Source of the DNA: Caecitellus pseudoparvulus
Taxonomy: Eukaryota > Protista > Bigyra: Bicosoecida
NCBI GenBank assembly: GCA_965644315.1
Contig: CBFFRQ010000039.1
Location: forward strand, 62,001 to 126,000
Length of the DNA: 64,000 bases
Direction of reading: 5' to 3'
Below, piece after piece: positions 41,639 through 50,766 of this stretch. Position 1 is the first letter of the stretch; each line of letters opens with the position of its first letter. The translations under genes and the position numbers were made by a program. The notes below the pieces were generated by a model, which was not told the DNA's origin, did no database searches, and worked only from the letters and a program-made list of their open reading frames with translations.

Positions 41639-43586
41639 ATGCTGGGCCGCGTTGCGTCAGGCGCTGCGCGCGCACGCAGCGCCGCAGCGTCGCTGGCATG
41701 GACGCCACGAGTGACCTCCCTGAGGTGGTGCTCTTCCTCTGCGGAGGAGCTGCTGTCCTCGCCCCGGGAGGTGATGGAGTACGACGTCGTGGTGGTGGGC
41801 GCCGGGCCTTCGGGGCTGTCGGCTGCCATCAAGTTCCGCCAGTTGTGCGCCGAGAAGGGCATCGACAAGTCCATCTGCGTCCTGGAGAAGGGCGCTGACG
41901 TCGGCATGCACATTCTCTCTGGCAACGTCTTCGAGACGCGGGCCCTGGATGAGCTCATCCCCGACTGGAAGGACAAGGGGGCGCCTGTGAGTGAACAAGT
42001 GCACTGCCTCAGCGCCTGAAACCCCGCCGCGCCGCCCAGCTGGCCACACGTTGCCCTTCCCGGCTCAGATCGAGACGGAAGCCGTCGAAGACAAGGTCAT
42101 GTACCTCACCAAGGGTGCGTTGGATTGCCAGTCAGCGCCTGCGTTGGCTGCGCCACACGCCCCTCCCTTGCCGCCTCCCTGTACAGACCGTGGCATTTCC
42201 CTGCCCATCATCCCCCTGCAGCAAAACCACGGCAACTACATTATCTCCCTGTCCCAGCTGACGTCCTGGCTGGGCGAGCAAGCCACAGAGTTGGGCGTGG
42301 ACATCTTCCCCGCCACGGCCGCCTCCGAGGTTCTGTACGGCGACGACGGCAGCGTGCGCGGCGTGGCCACGAGGGACATGGGCATTGCCAAGGACGGCAC
42401 GCCCAAGGACAACTTCACACGGGGCATTGAGATCACAGGCAAGCAGACGCTCATCTCTGAGGGTGTGCGAGGCAGCTGCGCTGAGGACATCATGGCCAAG
42501 CTGGGCCTGCGGGAGGGTGTGGACCCCCAGACGTACGGGCTGGGCCTGAAGGAGGTGTGGGAGGTGGACCCCGAGAAGAACCCCCACTTCAAGCCAGGGT
42601 ACATCCAGCACTCCATTGGCTGGCCCTCCCCCTCTGACGTGTACGCAGGGTCCTTCCTGTACCACATGGCCCCCAACTACGTCCTTGTCGGGTACGTCGT
42701 GGGCCTGGACTACCAGAACCCGTACCTGAACCCGTACAAGGAGTTCCAGACGTGGAAGCACCACCCAGAGGTGTCCAAGCACCTGGAGGGCGGCCGCTGC
42801 ATCCAGTACGGCGCCCGCTGCATCAACGAGGGCGGCGCACAGGCCATCCCCAAGATCACTTTCCCTGGAGGTGCCCTGCTGGGCTGCTCTGCAGGGTTCC
42901 TGAACGTGCCCAAGATCAAGGGCAGTCACTTGGCCATGAAGACTGGTGCCCTGGCTGGCGAGGCTGTCTTTGAGCTGTTCGAGGAGGCTGAGAAGAAGGG
43001 CGAAGAGCTGGGGGAGGGCGTGGAGGCGACTGGGTACGACACCGCCGTCAAGAGCAGCTGGGCGTGGGAGGAGATGCACGCAGTGCGCAACTACCACCCC
43101 TCCTTCAAGTGGGGGCAGCTGGCAGGCGTCCTGTACTCTGGCATCTCCGCCTACCTGCTGGGCGGGCGGGAGCCATGGACTTTCCGCAACTCCAAGCCCG
43201 ACTCCGCCAAGACACGCCCCGCTGCAGCGAGCGAAGCCATTGAGTACCCCAAGCCTGACGGCAAGCTGTCCTTTGACATCCTGGAGAACCTGCAGCGCTC
43301 AGGCACCAACCATGAGGAGCAGCCAGCACACTTGCGCGTGAAGCCAGAGCTGGCCCACGTGCCAGGCAAGGTGTCCTACAAGACTTATGGCGCCCCTGAG
43401 ACCCGCTTCTGCCCCGCAAAGGTGTATGAGTACGCCGACGAGACGGACAGCGAAGGCAACGGGCAGCTCATCATTAACGCCCAGAACTGCGTTCACTGCA
43501 AGTGCTGCAGCATCAAGATGCCCCAGGAGTACATCGACTGGACTGTCCCCGAAGGCGGCGGTGGCCCCGCTTACTCCCACATGTAA
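41639..43586 (+). CDS. ETFDH: Electron transfer flavoprotein-ubiquinone oxidoreductase, mitochondrial; 2 introns
   Basis: Presequence MLGRVASGAARARSAA..., FAD motif YDVVVVGAGPSGLSAAI, HILSGNV, QTYGLGLKEVW, AGFLNVPKIKGSHLAMKTG, Fe-S ligands RFCPA and NCVHCKC, C-terminal PEGGGGPAY. Confidence 0.97.
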
Positions 43587-44642
43587 GTGCCCTTGCTGCT
43601 GTGGTCCCTGCAGCGAATGCATGCAAGCCCCAGGGTTCAGGTGGAAGGTTGTGCAGAGGCTCCCCCTGCCATCGCCGAGCAGCATGCAAACCCCCCCGGC
43701 ATTGCCTCGGTGCACCATGCGAGTTGCCCACAATTTTCATCGTGCACCACCGTAACTTGCGAGCGCACTCTGGCGCTGCCTTGGACCATCCAAACCCCAG
43801 CTAGCGAGCCTTCGAGCCTCGAAGTGCTCCAGATTCCGCACTCAGCACGTCCAGTGCACATCGGGTGCTCCCTCGCCTCGACCGGTGTTCCTGAGGGGGG
43901 CGCCCAGCTCAGCAACCTAACAGCTCAGGTGCAACATGGCAGCCTCGTCAGAGGTCACCCTAGGTGCGTCTGCCTGGGTCGGCGTGGGGTGCAAGCTGGG
44001 CCGTCCCCAAGACACCACCGCCCAGCCTCGTCGCGGCGAGCACGCAGCACACTGCACCTTGCGCCCTCTGCAGACACCATCGGGGGCGTGAAGCGCGCCT
44101 CTCGTCAATCCTACAGTGACGTGTCCCCATCCCAGCAGGTGGCTGGCGCTGGTGCTGCCCTGGTTCTTGATGATCCCTCCCCTCGCCAGGGTGAAGACAA
44201 GAAACGCAGCCGCGCCTCAGGCAGCGCTGATGGCACCATGGATGCTCCCAGTGCGTGCCATGCCTTGTGTTGTCTGGAATGTTCTCGCGGGAAGGTTGTC
44301 AGGTGGCCTGTGGCACCTACTCGCCGCTTGCTGCTTGTGCTCCGGAGGCGGCGGCAAGAGTTCCGCTTCGCCCTTCATGCTGCCGACTGCCTGCAGCCTG
44401 CTTGCCGTGACGGATGGCAACACCTCCACGGGTCATTTTCGTGCCTTTCACAGGGGTAGTCGTGAGTGCTTGCCGAAGCAGGGTTGCAGCTCTCCTGCCA
44501 CCTGCTCAAGCGTGGCCCCATCACCAATTGCAACGTGGCAGCGTTTCTTGCAAACCCTCCGCACCAGCCTCATCCTCACACGTGGTCCGCCCCTGCGCCG
44601 CCCACCTCACAGAGCCGCCCGAGCCGAGTCCGTCACTCCACA

Positions 44643-47090
44643 ATGAAAGCTGCCGCCATGTTCCTTGGGGGTGACGATGAGTACAGTCCGACGGAGTCGC
44701 CGGATGGCAGCTCTGGTGCGTCCTGGCCCGCCGACTACACGCACCGCTGCCACACGCCTCATGCTGCACACGTCCCATGCTTCCTCTGCCTCATCCCCGC
44801 AGATGACGAGAGCTCCCAGGATTCACCTTCGCGGGCTGTGCGCAACCAGCGCTTGTCGGAGTCTTGCTTGGGCAAGAAGAAACGGCCGTGGAATACGAAG
44901 GAGGACCGGTGCCTGTTGGAGGTCGTGTCACGCCGAGTCCTTCAGAAATTCGAGGTGGGGGACTACACGCCACCTCAGCACCCCGTCCACGAGCTGTCGA
45001 AGTTCCGCCTGACCAACCTGCCTTGGGTGGACATCAGCAAGGAGTTGAACCTGAACGGTGGCGTGCACCGCAACTCCAAGCAGTGCAGAGAGCGCTTCAC
45101 CAACTTCCTCGCCTACAATCGCGGCATGGTGTCGCTGTGCTTGCGCCCAGATGCGTCCAAAGCTGTTGGCGTGTCTTTGTCGATTGTGGAGGCCGACAAG
45201 GAGGATGTGCTGCGACAGCGCAAGGAAGACCGCCGCTCCAAGGCCGCGGACAAGCGCCGGCAATGGACCCACCAGGAAGACATGGACCTGCTGCAACTGC
45301 AGAAGGAGTTTGGCAACAAGTGGGCGCTCATCGCACGGCACATCCCGAACAAAAACGACAGCCAAGTGAAGAACCGCTGGTACTCCAGGCAGCGCAAGCA
45401 AGCCCGCCAAGCCCGCGGCGGCAGCGGGAAGGGCGCACGAGGCGCCGCCTCACCAACCCCTTCCTCTGCCTCCAGTGCACATTCTGGCAGGGGGCAGCAC
45501 ACCGTCAAGGACAGCCGGTCTGCCATGCTGCCGAGCGCGCACCCCTCTGCAATCCGCTGGGGACCCACGCCCACGCATGGCAGTGCGCCGGCGGCTTCAC
45601 AGCCCGCCTTCACACAGGCACACCACACAGGCCACCAGGAGCTGCCCGATGCAGGGCAGGGCACCTCGCCACAAGAGGCGCTGCATTCTACCCAGGCTCG
45701 CTCGGTGTGGCAGGTGGTAGGGCCAACTGGCCACCAGCTGCAGCAGCAGCAGCAGCACCCCCCTTCCGCGCATGCCGGCATGTCTGGCGCATACCTCCCC
45801 CTATCACACCCTGGCTTGGCGCAGCCAGAAGGCGCACATGCCATCCCTACACACGCCATCCCCACGCTCCACATGACGCACGGCATGTGGCATGCTTCAC
45901 CCCGCACTGATCTGTCCGGGGCGGGCGGCAATCCCATGATTTCGCCAGGCCCGGGCATGGCCTCTCAGGCCAGTCTGCCAGTACACCTGGCCTCCGAGTC
46001 GTCGACACTCATCCGGGCGGTGCTGAGCAGCCCCACCGACTCCATGACCGGTGGATCCACAGGGCGCAGCCACACCGCCTCCCTGCCCTCCTTGCGGAAG
46101 CTGCCAGCCTTGCGTGGCGAGGGCACGCCCGTGCTCCCCGAGTGTGGCGACGGGAGGGTGGCGGGCGGGCAGGGCCCATGGCGCACGCCGTACTTTGAGG
46201 CCAGCCCCGCGTCTGCCCGGGCACCCGGAGTCGTGGTACGCCTGAGCCAGCCTGACTCGGCGCGGCGGGATGAAGGGCAAGGGTGCGCGCCGCCGCCGCT
46301 GGAGTCGGCACGCAGCGACGGGCGGCCTGCCATCGCTGGCAGCAGTGAAGGCGGCACGGCAAGCTCAGGCAGCACCCAAAGCCAGTCTCACTCGTACGTG
46401 CAAATCGGGCACGGTTCGATCCACACCAGCACCTCCACGCCGCCATTCGGGTCCACTACTGGCACTGTGTCAGCCAACCAAGCCTCCATATCGTTCGTGT
46501 CCCAGCCGTCCATCACGGCTGGGACCGGCGAGGCACCACAACAGTCTGGCGTGCAGCACGCAGCCGTTCCCTCCGCGCTGCACGTTCAACACCCCGGGGC
46601 AGTTTTTGGCATTCACACCATGCCTACCCGCCTGAGCACCATCCACAGCACAGAGGAACAGCCGTTTGCTGAGCGTGGGTCTACATCCTCCACTACCAAA
46701 GCGCTGGACAAGGCTTACCGTGAAGGGTGCTCCATCAGGCCCAAACCAATTCCTAACCTGCCCCCCGTAAAGGTGCCCAGCTCTGCGCTCTTTCCACAAG
46801 ACCACCTCGAGCAGCACACTTCAAGCGGGTCACAGGTGACGTCAACCTCGGGAGGCTCGCCCAATGGGTCCAGAGAAGAGAGCGCCTCTGCCTTTGCCGC
46901 AGCAGGGCGGCAAACAGACGTAAGCACAAAGCGCAGGCGCCCCAAAGGGGAGAGGAGCTCTGCTGCTGCGGCAGCGGGGCGGCCAACTGACGTGCGCACA
47001 CACCAGAAGCATGTTGACCGCTCCCAAAGGCCCGTAAAGCAGAGGCTGACGAAAACCCACATCGCAAGCTGGGAAGAGTTCAGGGTGTGA
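44643..47090 (+). CDS. R2R3-type Myb transcription factor with long disordered C-terminus
   Basis: PWNTKED...WVDIS...RNSKQCRERFTNFL and QWTHQED...FGNKWALIARHIPNKNDSQVKNRWYS. In-frame intron 44716-44802 predicted. Confidence 0.88.
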   Translation: MKAAAMFLGGDDEYSPTESPDGSSGASWPADYTHRCHTPHAAHVPCFLCLIPADDESSQDSPSRAVRNQRLSESCLGKKKRPWNTKEDRCLLEVVSRRVLQKFEVGDYTPPQHPVHELSKFRLTNLPWVDISKELNLNGGVHRNSKQCRERFTNFLAYNRGMVSLCLRPDASKAVGVSLSIVEADKEDVLRQRKEDRRSKAADKRRQWTHQEDMDLLQLQKEFGNKWALIARHIPNKNDSQVKNRWYSRQRKQARQARGGSGKGARGAASPTPSSASSAHSGRGQHTVKDSRSAMLPSAHPSAIRWGPTPTHGSAPAASQPAFTQAHHTGHQELPDAGQGTSPQEALHSTQARSVWQVVGPTGHQLQQQQQHPPSAHAGMSGAYLPLSHPGLAQPEGAHAIPTHAIPTLHMTHGMWHASPRTDLSGAGGNPMISPGPGMASQASLPVHLASESSTLIRAVLSSPTDSMTGGSTGRSHTASLPSLRKLPALRGEGTPVLPECGDGRVAGGQGPWRTPYFEASPASARAPGVVVRLSQPDSARRDEGQGCAPPPLESARSDGRPAIAGSSEGGTASSGSTQSQSHSYVQIGHGSIHTSTSTPPFGSTTGTVSANQASISFVSQPSITAGTGEAPQQSGVQHAAVPSALHVQHPGAVFGIHTMPTRLSTIHSTEEQPFAERGSTSSTTKALDKAYREGCSIRPKPIPNLPPVKVPSSALFPQDHLEQHTSSGSQVTSTSGGSPNGSREESASAFAAAGRQTDVSTKRRRPKGERSSAAAAAGRPTDVRTHQKHVDRSQRPVKQRLTKTHIASWEEFRV

Positions 47091-47234
47091 TCGTGGTCTG
47101 GCCAACATTGCGCAAAGTGCACAACAATGCACAAACCACTTACTCGATCCTTGAATTGCTTTGCGGAGCGCAGTCATTGTGCTTACGCACCAGAGCCCTC
47201 GGGGGTCTACTTCAGTGTCTGCGGAAATCGATCC

Positions 47235-48785
47235 ATGCAAGCCCTCCTCGGACAAGCTCGGGTCCGCACTGCCCGTGCAGGGCGGTGCCTGCAGCGGCAA
47301 ATCAGGGCCTTCTCCACAGAGCACATGACCCTTCCAGATCTTTTCCCGAACCTGTCTGACGACCCGCAGCATGCCTGGTTTGTGTGGAAAACCAATGCGT
47401 GCAGGCTGCCTTGCAGCACCAGTCTGGCCACGGCTGCCTTTGACCTGCAAATGAACCACGAAGCCTCTCGGGGAGAGTGGGCCCACCTTAGCCAGTACAT
47501 GATGGTGCTGTTCTGGGCTGAACTCCTCCGGACCCAACCCGACGGCGACAGCGCCATGGCGCTCTTTCGCCACATGTTGGAAGGGAGCCAGGCCGCTTCG
47601 TACACTCAGGAGGAGAAGGAGGCCGGCCTGCCCCTGGAGATAGCCTCCGGAGTTCTGAAGGCCTTCTTGCTGTCCATGCCAGCAGAGTTTGACCGTGTTC
47701 GTGCTGGCCAAGCCCTTGCAAAGCGAGCTGTGGATGAAGGCTTGTATCCAGCCTTCCTGCAAGAAGCAACTGCTGCCGGGCTGCACCACGAGGCGGCACA
47801 GGCCCATGCCGACTGGCGTGCCGGCTCCATCCTCGCACTCCCACACTGGTTGCTGCACGCAGATGGCGCGCAGGCCTCGCCCAGCTCGCCCGTGGACGAA
47901 GCTGGCTTCCCCGCTCGAGCCAGGCTGTACTTGGAGCCGGCCACATGGCCCAACCCTGGCCTGCCTGCTGCCCAAGGCATTTGGAGGTCCAGTGCGCTGA
48001 GTGGCGTGACGCCCTGGTGGGCCGTCAGCTCTGAGTTGGCATCCAGCTGCGCAGAGCTGGCTGGCTTCAAGGCAGAGCAGAGCACCGATTACTTCCAAGC
48101 CGAGGTGGGCGCCCAACTCGTCACCTGCCGGGCCATGACACAGGGGTACCTGCACGGCTTCTTCGCGTCCGGGCGCCCGGAGTATGTGAGCACACTCACA
48201 GAGCTGGCGTCACACTGGATGCACTTTAGTGAAGACTTCCCCCTGGACTACGTGCAAGATCTGGCCTTCGAGGACCCTGCCGACCCGCTCAGCGACGAGT
48301 TTGGTGAGCCCCTGCCCGCGTCCATCGCAGGCGTGCCCACAACGGCGCCGCAATGGGCTGGCAGCCGCATGGCACTGCACTGGCTGAGCATCATCGTCAC
48401 TGAGTACGCCTGCGCCTGGGATGCCTTTGTGCAGCAGACAGAGGTGGTGATGGAGGCAGCTCTCCAGGCACAGGATGGAGGGGGTGCCGACTCAAGACAG
48501 CGCTCCACCGATGCTCTGGCCGCCATGCAGGAAGGACATGCTGCACCACACCTGGATCTGTCTGGGCTCCCTCCCCACATGCAGCAAGTCGTGCTGTTCA
48601 CCATGACCTACATGCCTGTGTTTGCCCGACAGCGGGCGACCGTGCACGCCGCCGCACTTGAAACCTTGGAGACTGACCTGCCCCCCGCCACGCGCGCAAT
48701 CATGCAGGATGCTGCGAAGGACCCCGTGCGCATGCACAGCGTGGAGGGCGCTGGCACCCCCAAATTCCCAGCAGCCTCCAGGTAG
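47235..48785 (+). CDS. Uncharacterised protein, probably mitochondrial
   Basis: About 516-aa ORF from ATG 47235 with an Arg-rich, acid-free N-terminus ending RAFST (presequence-like). Globular composition; no recognised domain. Confidence 0.65.
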   Translation: MQALLGQARVRTARAGRCLQRQIRAFSTEHMTLPDLFPNLSDDPQHAWFVWKTNACRLPCSTSLATAAFDLQMNHEASRGEWAHLSQYMMVLFWAELLRTQPDGDSAMALFRHMLEGSQAASYTQEEKEAGLPLEIASGVLKAFLLSMPAEFDRVRAGQALAKRAVDEGLYPAFLQEATAAGLHHEAAQAHADWRAGSILALPHWLLHADGAQASPSSPVDEAGFPARARLYLEPATWPNPGLPAAQGIWRSSALSGVTPWWAVSSELASSCAELAGFKAEQSTDYFQAEVGAQLVTCRAMTQGYLHGFFASGRPEYVSTLTELASHWMHFSEDFPLDYVQDLAFEDPADPLSDEFGEPLPASIAGVPTTAPQWAGSRMALHWLSIIVTEYACAWDAFVQQTEVVMEAALQAQDGGGADSRQRSTDALAAMQEGHAAPHLDLSGLPPHMQQVVLFTMTYMPVFARQRATVHAAALETLETDLPPATRAIMQDAAKDPVRMHSVEGAGTPKFPAASR

Positions 48786-48828
48786 CGACGCTGGTGTCAA
48801 GCCAGTGCCGCAGGACAGCTGCAATGCA

Positions 48829-49333
48829 TTACGCGCTGGAGGCAAAGGAAGACACCTTTCCGACAATGTGCAAGACCACCACAGCTCCGATGAACACCAG
48901 AGCACCGACCAGCACAAACATTGGCTCGCTGCGAAAAAGGCAGTGTGAGAGGGCGCAGACAAGGTGCGCCTGCTGCACTGCACTGCACTGCACTGCGCCG
49001 CACGCACAACTTCAGCCCGCTGCCGTCCACGGAGTACACCAGTGCCGGGTTGTTCCCTGGCGCGTTCAAGTTGTTAGCTGCGGCCCCGCTGCCCTTGCCG
49101 GAGCTGCTGCTTGGCTTGGAGCCCCTGCAACCGAGCACCGTGCGGACACACGTGTCTGCGGACTTTGCACCTGCCACCACATTCCCGCGCAAACTCACGC
49201 TGCCCTGCGCCCACCACGGCGCTGTGCTGCAGAGCCAGCTCCACTCTGAAAAATCAGCGACGAAAGCGGGGTGCATACGGCAACAAGCGTCGCAGTTCAG
49301 GCGCTTCCAGCGCAAGGGCGCCCCACGCACCAT
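48829..49333 (-). CDS. SEC61B: Protein transport protein Sec61 subunit beta (88 aa, 4 exons; absent from ORF track)
   Basis: Exons 49333-49331 (ATG only), 49245-49199, 49124-49008 and 48928-48829, with canonical GTGCGT/GTGAGT...CAG introns, give MSGAGSAAQRRGGRRAAGSKPSSSSGKGSGAAANNLNAPGNNPALVYSVDGSGLKFEPMFVLVGALVFIGAVVVLHIVGKVSSFASSA*. This matches the Sec61beta pattern Y..D..GLK..P..VL...L.FI..V..LHI.GK. Confidence 0.92.
48973..48996 (+). repeat. (CTGCA)n pentanucleotide microsatellite in Sec61beta intron 3
   Basis: ctgca x4 + ctgc read directly. Confidence 0.9.
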
Positions 49334-50578
49334 TGTGGCTCTGTGGTTCGGCTTGAGAAGGTAGCCCGGCGAGGGAGTGTGCAACCGACGGCTTGTGCGG
49401 CATGTAAGGGAAGGGGGTGGTTAAAGTGAGCAGTGAAGTTGATTGCAAGTGGGAACGCACGCCGTTTGCGCCAGGTCTTGGCTGTGCGTGGCAGGTGCTG
49501 GACCTTGCTGTCTCCTGCATCACGACGGGTAGCGCCCGAGCCCTGTGTGATGCAGCTGCGGGCGCCTCTTGTGTCGTGGAGGATGCCAGCGGGATGTTGT
49601 GTGTGGCATTGTGACTGGACCTTCGACTGGGATGCATTGCCTGCACTGCCATCACCTGCTGCTGTCGCGCTGCGCACCTGAAGCGTCACCCGGACTGACT
49701 CCCTTGCAGCAGATTGCTGACGTGACCAGGCGCGAAAGCTCCGGAGAGACCCCACACAGCTGGGTCGCCTGTGCTGCAAAGTCAAGTCCGAGTGCCTGCT
49801 CAGCTTCGTCACGCGCTTGGGTCGGGTTGAGGGTGCACAGGCGGTGGCCGTGACAGCGCACAACACCCCGGCACTTGAGCAGGGCTTGCGCTGATCGCAA
49901 GCTGTCTGGGGCCTGTGGCGCTACGCTGTTCGGGGATGAATGTTTCCCTCTCTCCCATAGCGCGTGGGGACACCACCTCGCGTTGGACGCGAGTCTTGTC
50001 CCGCCTGTGGCTGCAAACGTGACCAACCTGCTCAAGACGATGCACGAGGGACTACGGGCTTCGTCTGAGAGCTGCAAAGTCGAGCAGGGCGGTGGGGAGT
50101 GTGCCAGCACCAAGCCACTGGGAGACATCAACCCACAATTGATGACCATGGCCAATGATGAGCTGCCCTTGCTCGGGCGCCCAGCCATGCACTCGCGAAG
50201 GAGCAAATGTGAGTTAGCGTTGAAGCCAGACCTGGCTGTGGAGTAGCGCAAGCAGGCAATGTCGAGACGTGGGGGCAAATACTTCCGTGAGTACATGTAC
50301 ACGCGACGAAATGGGGTACAGCATGCGTGAACGCTCACCCTGGGTCGTTGTGCACGTCTGAGGGGGGGCTTCACACCCCTCACGCTCAGCGCAGCAGCAC
50401 TCTCGCTGCCAACGGCAATCACCATGCCACACCAAACTCCCCATCACGTCCATCGCCACCTTCGCACTCGGCCCATCATACTTCATGTGCAGCGCATCGT
50501 GGTCCTCGGAGGTTGCTTGCACTTGCTTGTGCCTGGCTGGGCACAGTCGGCGCTGGCGTTGCGTGGTGTGTGGCGGCT

Positions 50579-50588
50579 CAATTTCCGC
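50579..50588. promoter_or_regulatory. CAATTTCCGC motif, ~180 nt upstream of the NTPase-nuclease ATG
   Basis: Exact 10-mer that recurs near several gene starts. Confidence 0.4.
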
Positions 50589-50766
50589 ACTGCACCATTT
50601 GCAAGCAGCGTAGACGTCGATTCCGAAGCTGCGCGTCCCAGTTGTGCAGTCGAGGTGACTGGAAAACACAGAGAACAAGCAGTGAGTGCAGGTTTGCGAC
50701 GTGCAACGCCACCCTACGGGGATGCGTGTGGCTGAACGGCCACGTTCCGGGCTGTGACTCACAGGC

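Noticed and set aside
43587-44459. 290-aa ORF directly after the ETF-QO stop
   Set aside because: Non-ATG start, no recognisable motif and no convincing codon bias. Probably UTR/promoter of the Myb gene, although a small spliced gene cannot be excluded.
46405-46440. GGTTCGATCC tRNA T-loop-like sequence (also GGTTCGAACC at ~23745)
   Set aside because: No T-stem or cloverleaf pairing, and both lie within CDS.
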